From positions 18,493-82,492 of the IMG/VR virus record IMGVR_UViG_3300012089_000001: a DNA stretch of 64,000 nt; one strand, written 5' to 3'. The stretch's first letter is position 1; each line of letters begins with the position of its first letter. Source of the DNA: a virus. The notes under the pieces are model-generated. The model did no database searches. It was not told the origin of the DNA and saw nothing but the letters and a program-made list of their open reading frames with translations. The position numbers and the translations under genes are program-made. This document shows, piece by piece, positions 56,276-64,000 of the stretch.

Positions 56276-56863
56276 TCAATCATCTACTGGAAGTTCTTGC
56301 CCTAATAGCAAGTTGGCTACCATTTTCCCACCAGTCATTTTTTCCTTTTGTTCCTCCTCTTCAAACAATTTTCTAATCATTGCACCGCTGATACTTCCAT
56401 GAGGAACTGCATCTTTGAATATTTCAGACCGCATAAATTCAGCGTCGTATTTGTAATAGGAAACACTCTTTTCATAATACTGCTTGACGTTATCGGTAGC
56501 AAGTAAAGAGCTAACCTTTTGACAAGACAGTCCAGCCATTGCTGGACAATTAGCAATGATATCGGTAACTCTATGCCCGCCCTCCATATCCTTCAACCAC
56601 ATGACAAGCTCTGATCTCAAGGCATTGTTAGCCGTCTGTTTTTCCATTTCCTTTTTGGTGGGCTTACGTGGGCGGTCAAGCGCCTGTACATGTTCTTCAA
56701 TGAAAGCAATTGCCTCCGGCAAAATGTCATTCTTATTGTCGGTATGCTCATAATTGCCTTTTAGAAAATTGAGTACAATTCTATAGCCGTCTCTTTTGGT
56801 TCTGATGAATTTTCCATCTACTTTCTTACTTTCCATTTTCATACATCCTCTCTCTTTTTTCAA
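56276..56863 (-). CDS. Coiled-coil + winged-helix protein
   Basis: AFIEEH...KPTKKEMEKQ..N; LSCQKVSSLL. Confidence 0.6.
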   Translation of the reverse strand: MKKERGCMKMESKKVDGKFIRTKRDGYRIVLNFLKGNYEHTDNKNDILPEAIAFIEEHVQALDRPRKPTKKEMEKQTANNALRSELVMWLKDMEGGHRVTDIIANCPAMAGLSCQKVSSLLATDNVKQYYEKSVSYYKYDAEFMRSEIFKDAVPHGSISGAMIRKLFEEEEQKEKMTGGKMVANLLLGQELPVDD

Positions 56864-57071
56864 CTCTTTTGTTTCTGATTTCCAAGTACAAAAACTGATG
56901 GTTGTTTCTTATTTCTATGGCTGTTACTTTACAGCACCAGCCATGTAGTTTTAACCCCTTCTTTAAAGTGCCCCATGTGTTTGTTAGGCAATAGTTTGGG
57001 TTGCATCCCTTTACGTTGAACGCTATCCATTGCTCATTTGGAATGACGTTTTTTAGCTGGAATAATCTCAT
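56826..57071 (-). CDS. Hypothetical protein
   Basis: ORF with GAGG RBS. Confidence 0.5.
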   Translation of the reverse strand: MRLFQLKNVIPNEQWIAFNVKGCNPNYCLTNTWGTLKKGLKLHGWCCKVTAIEIRNNHQFLYLEIRNKRVEKRERMYENGK

Positions 57072-57083
57072 ATTACCTCTCTT

Positions 57084-57323
57084 TCAATATCTAATTATAC
57101 TGTACCTTCTGCTATCCGGATTCCATTCAGAGGTTATCAAGTAGCATTCTCCATCAGTATCAAGGTTTCTTGCATTAATTAAATCTTCCACTTCTTCCAA
57201 GGTATCCGCATAACCAATGACTTCATCCTCAAAGTCGTAAGCATCAATCAATTTATACTTTTTCATTCTACCGCCTTCCTTCCTTCCTCCATATGTATAT
57301 AACCATTCCCATTTATTATACAT
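57084..57323 (-). CDS. Hypothetical protein
   Basis: DTDGEC motif; start likely MKKYK. Confidence 0.55.
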   Translation of the reverse strand: MYNKWEWLYTYGGRKEGGRMKKYKLIDAYDFEDEVIGYADTLEEVEDLINARNLDTDGECYLITSEWNPDSRRYSIIRY

Positions 57324-57339
57324 CTACATCACCTCTTTT

Positions 57340-57729
57340 CTATTTTCTAATATCAAGTTCTTTGCTTAACTGTGCGTACTGTTCCGCGGTAAGCAATCTA
57401 GAAACGGTTTCCATCCTCCAGTCTTTGATATATTCAAATTTTTTATTAAGATCACGTCTAAAAACGTGTTTCGGAACTTCTTCCCACCTGTCATTAGTAG
57501 TAATGCAATCATGCCACCCGTAAAATTTTATAGCGCTAGGATATACATGATCTTTTGTTGTTTGGATTGCACAAGCTATTTTTTCAGTAACTTCTGTTTC
57601 ATCACAAATTACAGCTACCACATCCTCATGAAAAATTTCCTTGCGCTCTATTACCTTTTTGAAAAGTTTTCTTTTGGATACGTCGGCATAGCCGACCAAT
57701 ATAAAATGCTGGTATGCTCTTACTAGCAT
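57340..57729 (-). CDS. Hypothetical protein
   Basis: ORF with AAGG RBS. Confidence 0.55.
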   Translation of the reverse strand: MLVRAYQHFILVGYADVSKRKLFKKVIERKEIFHEDVVAVICDETEVTEKIACAIQTTKDHVYPSAIKFYGWHDCITTNDRWEEVPKHVFRRDLNKKFEYIKDWRMETVSRLLTAEQYAQLSKELDIRK

Positions 57730-57785
57730 CTTTACCGCCTTCCTTACGGGCGCTAGGGTAATTGAATCAACCTAGCGCCTGCCAT

Positions 57786-58049
57786 TTAAATTACTTTGAC
57801 TTCCACCATTACCGGAATAACTCTGGTATTTTTTTGAAATGTATAGACAGTGCCATGCTCAAGGTGCGCACACTCGATATAATTATTGTCATCACAAGCG
57901 CCAGTATCTAATTTTAAAAAAATTGCATCCGTATTAGTACAATAAGCATCTTCCGGCTTTTCAAAGGTATCACCATAGCCAATTTCCGATAACTGTATCG
58001 GTGTCTTATCTTTTCTAATTACTTTCATGAATTTCCTCCCTGTGCCCAT
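57786..58049 (-). CDS. Small beta-rich protein
   Basis: LSEIGYGDTF..HLEHG. Confidence 0.55.
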   Translation of the reverse strand: MGTGRKFMKVIRKDKTPIQLSEIGYGDTFEKPEDAYCTNTDAIFLKLDTGACDDNNYIECAHLEHGTVYTFQKNTRVIPVMVEVKVI

Positions 58050-58145
58050 TTCATTTCTGTTAATATCTTACGGGCTTCTGGTGAACACGCTGACAGAAAA
58101 TGGATTCTGGACGGCTTGCCTACTTTACCTTTTGCTTTTTTTGGA

Positions 58146-58388
58146 CTATTTTTCATACTTTACCACCTCCATATTGGTTATTGTTACCGTTGCACTGACA
58201 CAAGTTACTTCTTTAATGACATTACCAGCATCCATGTGAAGTACCATACCATCAAGTAATGATATATATGTTTCTTCATCAGTGATCATATAGAATACGT
58301 TTGGCTTATCAGTAAAGAAAAATACTTGACCAGCTTCGAGGTCTATCACAGTAGACCAATTACATGATAAATGATTGACTACTTTCAT
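58146..58388 (-). CDS. Small beta-rich protein
   Basis: DLEAGQVF..SLLDG. Confidence 0.55.
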   Translation of the reverse strand: MKVVNHLSCNWSTVIDLEAGQVFFFTDKPNVFYMITDEETYISLLDGMVLHMDAGNVIKEVTCVSATVTITNMEVVKYEK

Positions 58389-58425
58389 AAAATCACATAG
58401 GGCGGTAATTACCGCCCTTCCTTCC

Positions 58426-58836
58426 TTATTTTTTAGGTGGGCGCTTCTGAATTAGATTCAATTCGTACTTATTGCCATCCATTTCAAAGGTGATATACTT
58501 TTCTGGATTCATGATATTTAGATTGGAAATCCCTTCCAGTGCTTCCAGTCCTACGTTTAAGAACGATATAATTGATCTCTTTGTAGGATTTTCCGCCCGT
58601 ACTCTATCAACCTTTGGTTTATTTGGATCAAACGTCCTTGCATCATGTGCCGTCCGGCTGAATTCTTTCCAGCCATCCGACATTTTTTGACTTTCTTCTG
58701 TTTCTTCGCTGGTATTATCCCAGATATAAAGCTCTATCGCTTCGGCTTCTGTATAGCCGCCTTTTTCCATAAGGCGGCTAATTTCAGCTTTAGCAGAAGC
58801 AGAAGTTATATCGATTTCTTTCTTCCCTTTTGCCAT
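58426..58836 (-). CDS. Hypothetical protein
   Basis: EAIEL..WD; R.ENPTKR.II; KYELNLIQKRPPK. Confidence 0.65.
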   Translation of the reverse strand: MAKGKKEIDITSASAKAEISRLMEKGGYTEAEAIELYIWDNTSEETEESQKMSDGWKEFSRTAHDARTFDPNKPKVDRVRAENPTKRSIISFLNVGLEALEGISNLNIMNPEKYITFEMDGNKYELNLIQKRPPKK

Positions 58837-58848
58837 GTCTATTCCCTC

Positions 58849-59268
58849 TTAGATGATTTCATAGTAAGATACACCCTTAAGTGTAGACCGGACGGCCTTA
58901 CCTTCAACTAAAAGCGACCGCAATAAATAGGTTACTTTCTGGCTAGTAAACTCTTTTTCCGGAAACAATTTGACAATTTCCGTTACTGTTTGTGGTGCAT
59001 AACCTGTCAGATTGTCATACAAGAAGGCTTTCAGTAATGTAGTTTCATGCTGTTTTTCCAGCTGTTTTGTGGAAGTTTTCCGGCTTGCATTCTGCTTCTT
59101 TACCGCTTCAATCTGCTTTTCAATAAATTCAAGCTCTTCCTGATAGCGTAAAACAGTTACTTCTTCGGTAGAAAGTTCTTCATCAATATTGTAGTTACTT
59201 ACTACATTGTAAACTCTTTCAAACATTTCTAATTTTGTTGCTTTGCCTTTTTCCATAATTAAATCCAT
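58849..59268 (-). CDS. Coiled-coil + winged-helix protein
   Basis: LEFIEKQI; TVTEI; FTSQKVTYLL..L..EGK. Confidence 0.65.
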   Translation of the reverse strand: MDLIMEKGKATKLEMFERVYNVVSNYNIDEELSTEEVTVLRYQEELEFIEKQIEAVKKQNASRKTSTKQLEKQHETTLLKAFLYDNLTGYAPQTVTEIVKLFPEKEFTSQKVTYLLRSLLVEGKAVRSTLKGVSYYEII

Positions 59269-59305
59269 CCTTTTTATTTTTATTTTGTTGGCGCTTTACG
59301 CTCAT

Positions 59306-60511
59306 TCAGTTGTCTAAAATCATTTGTATTTCTTCTTCAAATCTTCTGATCTCACGTACGCATCTATCATACGCTTTACCGTCTGAATTTAAAGACGTTG
59401 CATAATTCATTTTCCTTCTTAACTGCTTTTGTAGCTGTGATACCTTGCAATCTTTAAAAACCTCCTCATGCATCTTACCGTGGTTGTTTTGCAACCATAG
59501 TTCTAGCCGTATAAGATTTGTTTCAAGGTTGCTAGCAAAGCTTGACTGTCTGTCATATTCACCAAGTTTTTCATACATGATCTGAATGATGTTATCAACC
59601 ATGTCATAGGTCATTTTCTTAGGTGGCTGGCTTGTTACATAATCAGTGGTGTAACCCAATTCCCTAAATGGGAAATACTCAATTCCAGTATCAATCTTAC
59701 CTTTTCGTAAAATCTTAACCAAAATTTCACTTTCAATCTGTGAATCACTAAGCGCCGTATGTTCTTCCTCGAATCCATTATTTTTGATAAGAAATCTAAA
59801 TGTCGATTCAGCGCTTGTTTTGAAATAAAGCCCGCTTGCACTTATCATACTTTCTTTAATGCAATTTATACGGTACTTGTCTTTATTGATTAGACGATTG
59901 CATGATAATCCCCACAAATCAGCAATAGGATACTTGTAATCTCTAAATTCAAAGTTATGGGGATCAAATTCATTAGGGTTTTCGTACTTGTAACCAGCAA
60001 CGATTTTTTGACAACTTACCCTTTGTTTGTCTTCCCACTCCTGATAATGTGGGCTGTACAAGGCATTTATATAGCGCTCTGTGAACGGTATAGCCTTTTT
60101 AAAGTCAAACATTGCGTTGTATGCCAATGAGATATCAGCTCTTTCCAAGTCCATTTCTAAGATTGCCGTTGCTTCTGCCCACGTCTTACAAATGATTTCC
60201 CCTTTGTCGTAGCGTTCCATATAAAGGGGACGTTTCCACGCGTAGTAGGCGGTATTGAAAACTTGCGGAACAAAGAATGTTTCTTGAATCAAAAAACTGT
60301 GCCGACTGTAAATATTGCCTTTTGCATCAATGATCTGCCAGCCTAAATCATATATAAGCGGTTTAGCAATTGATAGCTGTTGACGCTGTTTTGCTGTACA
60401 TTCCCAATTCTTAATAAATGGAAGTGTAGCCGTTTCACAGTCCAGCACTAGATACAATTTTGGCTTTCTGCCCTTTTTTTTGGGCATATTGAAATCTATT
60501 TCATTTCTCAC
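59306..60511 (-). CDS. DEDDh 3'-5' exonuclease (DnaQ-like)
   Basis: LVLDCET, AYNAMFD, HTALSDS. Confidence 0.88.
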   Translation of the reverse strand: MRNEIDFNMPKKKGRKPKLYLVLDCETATLPFIKNWECTAKQRQQLSIAKPLIYDLGWQIIDAKGNIYSRHSFLIQETFFVPQVFNTAYYAWKRPLYMERYDKGEIICKTWAEATAILEMDLERADISLAYNAMFDFKKAIPFTERYINALYSPHYQEWEDKQRVSCQKIVAGYKYENPNEFDPHNFEFRDYKYPIADLWGLSCNRLINKDKYRINCIKESMISASGLYFKTSAESTFRFLIKNNGFEEEHTALSDSQIESEILVKILRKGKIDTGIEYFPFRELGYTTDYVTSQPPKKMTYDMVDNIIQIMYEKLGEYDRQSSFASNLETNLIRLELWLQNNHGKMHEEVFKDCKVSQLQKQLRRKMNYATSLNSDGKAYDRCVREIRRFEEEIQMILDN

Positions 60512-60544
60512 ATTTGATACTTCCTTTTCGTGTCCTTCGCCGGA

Positions 60545-60799
60545 CTATTTTTTTCTTACCCAAACCATAATATCATGGGTGTTATACACCCGTATAACTT
60601 TTGCATAGTCTTCCGGAGTGGGACAATAAAAACTTGAATTTTCATCAAACATATCTAATTCCCAAAAGTAGCCATCTTTGTCAATAGCTATTTTTTTACC
60701 CCACTCATTCAACTTCACGATATGAGATTCTACTTCATCAGTATATGGGTTATAAATATCTACTGTATAACCAATAGGAATAGTACACGCATGAAACAT
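60545..60799 (-). CDS. Hypothetical protein
   Basis: Ends VIRVY...VWVR, similar to the two halves of 60818-61324. Confidence 0.55.
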   Translation of the reverse strand: MFHACTIPIGYTVDIYNPYTDEVESHIVKLNEWGKKIAIDKDGYFWELDMFDENSSFYCPTPEDYAKVIRVYNTHDIMVWVRKK

Positions 60800-60817
60800 A
60801 GTTGTCTCCCTTCTGTT

Positions 60818-61324
60818 TTAAAATCTTAACCAAATCACATGGTTTTCGGAATCAGTTACCGCCATGATGGTCGCTAAAATTACACCATTTTCATCATAGT
60901 AAATAAAATCATCTTCAAAACCATCAGCTATAAAATAACGGTCTTCTGCATCTTTAAACGCTATTAAATTATTTGCCTGCTTTACAACGGTATGCCATAC
61001 CAGTTCCCCGCTCAATTCAGCAGATTCCAGAATAGCAAGTTTATAGTCTTCTTGCAAATACTCTTTTTTCATTTCCCGACACCATTTTAATTTGTCGTTT
61101 TTGTCATAAATCATCATGATTCTTCCAAGTTCAATACCGCCCTTGCTATAACATACTAAATCATTGGTAAAATCATCCAAGGAATAGTAGCCCCCATTAT
61201 GTTTGAGAATTAGCGCGCTTATATTCCACGGATCTCTTTCCACAATATGAGTATTTAACTTGCCGAATTCTTTGACTAAAACGGTATCGCCTACAACAAT
61301 ACTATCTTTCTTAATCATATGCAA
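60818..61324 (-). CDS. Hypothetical protein with two similar halves
   Basis: IMMIYD..LKWCRE and IMAVTD..VIWLR. Confidence 0.55.
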   Translation of the reverse strand: MHMIKKDSIVVGDTVLVKEFGKLNTHIVERDPWNISALILKHNGGYYSLDDFTNDLVCYSKGGIELGRIMMIYDKNDKLKWCREMKKEYLQEDYKLAILESAELSGELVWHTVVKQANNLIAFKDAEDRYFIADGFEDDFIYYDENGVILATIMAVTDSENHVIWLRF

Positions 61325-61830
61325 CCCTCACTTTCCAGCAATTCCCTCAAAACCGCTAAAATGTCATTGTCCGGCACCTTAATTGTTTCTTCGGCGCCAT
61401 ACCATTTTAACCAGTCTTCACAAACTTCTTCATTATCATCAAAAATAAACTGTCTTTCCGGATAATGAGAACCGCCCTTCATCTTCTTTCTAGGGCTAGT
61501 GGGATACCGTTTACAAGTTCCATATTGGACTGCATGAAACGAATCATAAGGAAAATCATAAGCATCTAAATATTGACGCTTTACGGCGGTAATTTCCTTC
61601 TTATATTGCCGTTCCGCTTCTTTCGCAAGCCATGTAGTGACCGCCACTTTATAGCCTATCTTCTGCAATTCGGAAAGCAAAAAAGCCATTTCCCGTAAAT
61701 CTGTTAACGGCTTCGCAACCGCATAAGGGAAAACGCTTTCTGCTTTCAAATACTCTAACCAGTTTGGAACACCATAAAAATCTACTAGTGTGCCATCCAT
61801 ATCAAAAACCAATAACCCTTTTATCTCCAT
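61315..61830 (-). CDS. HAD-superfamily phosphatase, 5'(3')-nucleotidase-like
   Basis: FDMDGTLVD, VTTW, IFDDN; start moved to MEIK. Confidence 0.8.
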   Translation of the reverse strand: MEIKGLLVFDMDGTLVDFYGVPNWLEYLKAESVFPYAVAKPLTDLREMAFLLSELQKIGYKVAVTTWLAKEAERQYKKEITAVKRQYLDAYDFPYDSFHAVQYGTCKRYPTSPRKKMKGGSHYPERQFIFDDNEEVCEDWLKWYGAEETIKVPDNDILAVLRELLESEGCI

Positions 61831-62629
61831 AAAAATATTCCTTCCTTGATAATATAAAGTGCCGACGTTTGGCAGTCCTCCAGCTATGTTTCCTATGGCC
61901 CTTTCGTAACCACGTGATATGAATGTGTGTTCGCATCTCATATAGAGACATATGCGCAACTTACCCACTCAAATGACATAACTAGCTACCTAATTCAATT
62001 GTCAATGTACACCTATCGCCATATATAATAATTCAGCACAAAAGAAACTAACAGAAGAAAATTGAGAAAATCCAAATTTGAACACCATAAATAAGCCTCT
62101 TTACTACATATGCAACGATTCCCTTTCGAGCGAACTCCTTTCTTAAAATTTTTTTAAAACTTTTCGCGCGACCGCGCAATGTGGGCGAGAACCCGGCACC
62201 CGACTGGGTGACTACCTGTATTTGACTATACCTTATTATACCACAGCGGGAAGGGGATTACAACGGCAATTTGCACAAATCGAAACCAAATTTTTATACA
62301 GAATTCACAAAACGTATGTTCGGATCCGCGCTTTAGCACTGCGCAGTTTAGAACTTTAACGCGGCAAAGTAGATCGTGAATTTTTTAACAGGCTCGTTAG
62401 TTAATTAATTAACGATCCCCGCCCTATGGTACACTACCGCGGTACCACTTTACCACGGTGAAGTTCAGCACTTTAACGCGGCAAAGCGTCAGCGCATTAC
62501 AACTTTAGTGCGGCAGAGAAGATCGTTAATTTTTTAACAATCGGGCCCCTTTGGTACGTTACCACTTTACCGCGTTGAAGTGTACAAAGTGCACAATTAC
62601 GGGATGAAAAATTTGTGCACTTTTACTAC

Positions 62630-62658
62630 TTGACAGCGGGCGAAAAATGTGCTATAAT
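62630..62658 (+). promoter_or_regulatory. Perfect sigmaA promoter on the plus strand
   Basis: TTGACA-N17-TATAAT. Confidence 0.75.
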
Positions 62659-62706
62659 GGAAGGTTATGGAAATTCGGCGCAAGAACGCCCAAGGGCGCG
62701 CCGCCA

Positions 62707-62736
62707 ATTATATCATGAAATCATCCAACTTGTCAA
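62707..62736 (-). promoter_or_regulatory. sigmaA promoter on the minus strand with extended -10
   Basis: TTGACA-N18-TATAAT with TGn. Confidence 0.7.
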
Positions 62737-62936
62737 TGGGCAATATGCACAAAAATTCTCCATAAAGTTTGTTACTTTTTCCGCGTCTGAAAAGTTGCAC
62801 AAAGTTTTTCCATAAAGTTCGTGCATATTGTACATCCAAAATATTGCACAAAGATTCTCCATAAAGTTTGTTACTTTTGTATATCTGAAATTATGCACAA
62901 ACTTTATCTCTAAAGTTTGTGCATATTGACTATTCA

Positions 62937-63341
62937 TTAGAGATCACGCAATGCAACCCGTTCCGCACCTGCAGTTAGTAGTCTCTGACATTCCTCACTA
63001 GTGATTGCTATTGTGGTGTCATTTTCTTTTTTATAGCAATCACACATTCCCTCATAGCTATCACATGAACAGTATGATATTTTTATACCCCTTGTTAATT
63101 CCCACAATTGAGCGTTAAAATAACAATCGGAAAAATCTTTTAGTATCTGTTTACAATAGCCACATGCGGCATCAAATTCTATATTATTGTTATATACAAC
63201 AATTTCCGACCACCTATCTGCTTTTCTAATAAAGTCAACTGATGCCGCGTGTTCACGTCCCCAGTCATTGATAAAGCTTTCCTCTAACTCTTTGATAAAT
63301 TCTAAAACTTTTTCCTTCTGTCTCATAGTATTTCCTTTCAC
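62937..63341 (-). CDS. Hypothetical protein
   Basis: SFINDWGREH, similar to 63452-63697. Confidence 0.55.
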   Translation of the reverse strand: MKGNTMRQKEKVLEFIKELEESFINDWGREHAASVDFIRKADRWSEIVVYNNNIEFDAACGYCKQILKDFSDCYFNAQLWELTRGIKISYCSCDSYEGMCDCYKKENDTTIAITSEECQRLLTAGAERVALRDL

Positions 63342-63451
63342 CCCGTATGCTCTGATAGGTCATGCATATTGATTATTTAAAAGTTATCCATAACAGCAAG
63401 GCATATAAAACCACTGTTAATAAAAACCATAATCCGCCCCATTCATTATCA

Positions 63452-63697
63452 TTATACATCCGCATTGTCCCTTTCTATGTACCTTCTCATAAAGGCTTTT
63501 GCTACTGCATTATGCCATCTAATACTGGCATGATAATCTATGCCAGACGTTTCATCAATTACTTTCTTTTGCACTTCCGCATATCTGGCGAACTTAATAG
63601 TCGCCTCATGTTCATGACCAAACGTTTTAATAAATGAATCCATTTGGGTGTCTAACAAATCTTTCAAACAATTTCTTACATAATCCTGATAATTCAT
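63452..63697 (-). CDS. Hypothetical protein
   Basis: SFIKTFGHEH; GAGG RBS. Confidence 0.55.
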   Translation of the reverse strand: MNYQDYVRNCLKDLLDTQMDSFIKTFGHEHEATIKFARYAEVQKKVIDETSGIDYHASIRWHNAVAKAFMRRYIERDNADV

Positions 63698-63772
63698 ATA
63701 TATACCTCACTTTCTAAAATATGCGGGCGGTAGATGGTTGCTTGTTATCTACCGCCTATGCTGATTAATGGG

Positions 63773-63991
63773 TTACACTCTCATGAACTGGTCTATGTGG
63801 TATCTTTTCCCCTTGCGCATAAAGTATGATCTTCCGGCTACTGTCTCACGTACTTTGCTCTTTGAAACATTCTTAATCTTACCATTATAGTAGTCCGCAT
63901 GCACCACATAAGTATCGATTCCATCCTCAATATCTAAGATGCAAATACCGCCAAAACTACAAACTGTCATAACTGCTATTGATTTTCTCAT
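63773..63991 (-). CDS. Hypothetical protein
   Basis: GRSYF..KGKRYHIDQFMRV. Confidence 0.6.
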   Translation of the reverse strand: MRKSIAVMTVCSFGGICILDIEDGIDTYVVHADYYNGKIKNVSKSKVRETVAGRSYFMRKGKRYHIDQFMRV

Positions 63992-64000
63992 TTCTTCTTC

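Larger units (their letters stand above)
62353..62924. repeat. Non-coding block of two quasi-palindromic repeat families
   Basis: (C)ACTTTA-CGCG-type-AAG five times (62353-62582); TGCACAA-N-TTTGT five times (62589-62924). Confidence 0.85.

Overview
A 64 kb segment of a large, AT-rich lytic-type dsDNA phage. The host is probably a gut Clostridia/Lachnospiraceae species, inferred from an endolysin with cell-wall-binding repeats, sigmaA-consensus promoters, and AbrB- and HPr-like genes. Almost all genes are on the minus strand. 1-17.8 kb: DNA/RNA metabolism and lysis (DNA ligase, GyrA/GyrB, RNase HI, PNK-like kinase, phosphoesterase, amidase and holin, PhoH, RNA ligase). 17.9-20 kb: a lone plus-strand cassette ending in a BspA-type LRR protein. 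21.4-26 kb: an operon of nucleotidyltransferase, SLOG protein, J-domain pseudokinase, vWA protein and a PurA-like ligase. 27-28.5 kb: a TROVE/Ro60-like vWA (DUF2828-type) gene. 29.2-36.7 kb: about 23 canonical tRNAs plus several atypical tRNA-like RNAs. 38-64 kb: small paralogous early-type genes with origin-like or operator-like repeat blocks. Main discovery: the tRNA cluster holds six copies of a small hairpin RNA (AAAGACAC-N-ACAGCAA-variable-GTGTCTTGA). Two tRNA bodies carry a circularly permuted version of the same CAGCAA module in place of the anticodon arm. All of these lie next to the TROVE-like gene, suggesting a phage Ro60/Y-RNA-like ribonucleoprotein system. No databases or tools were run; family names come from recognised motifs.
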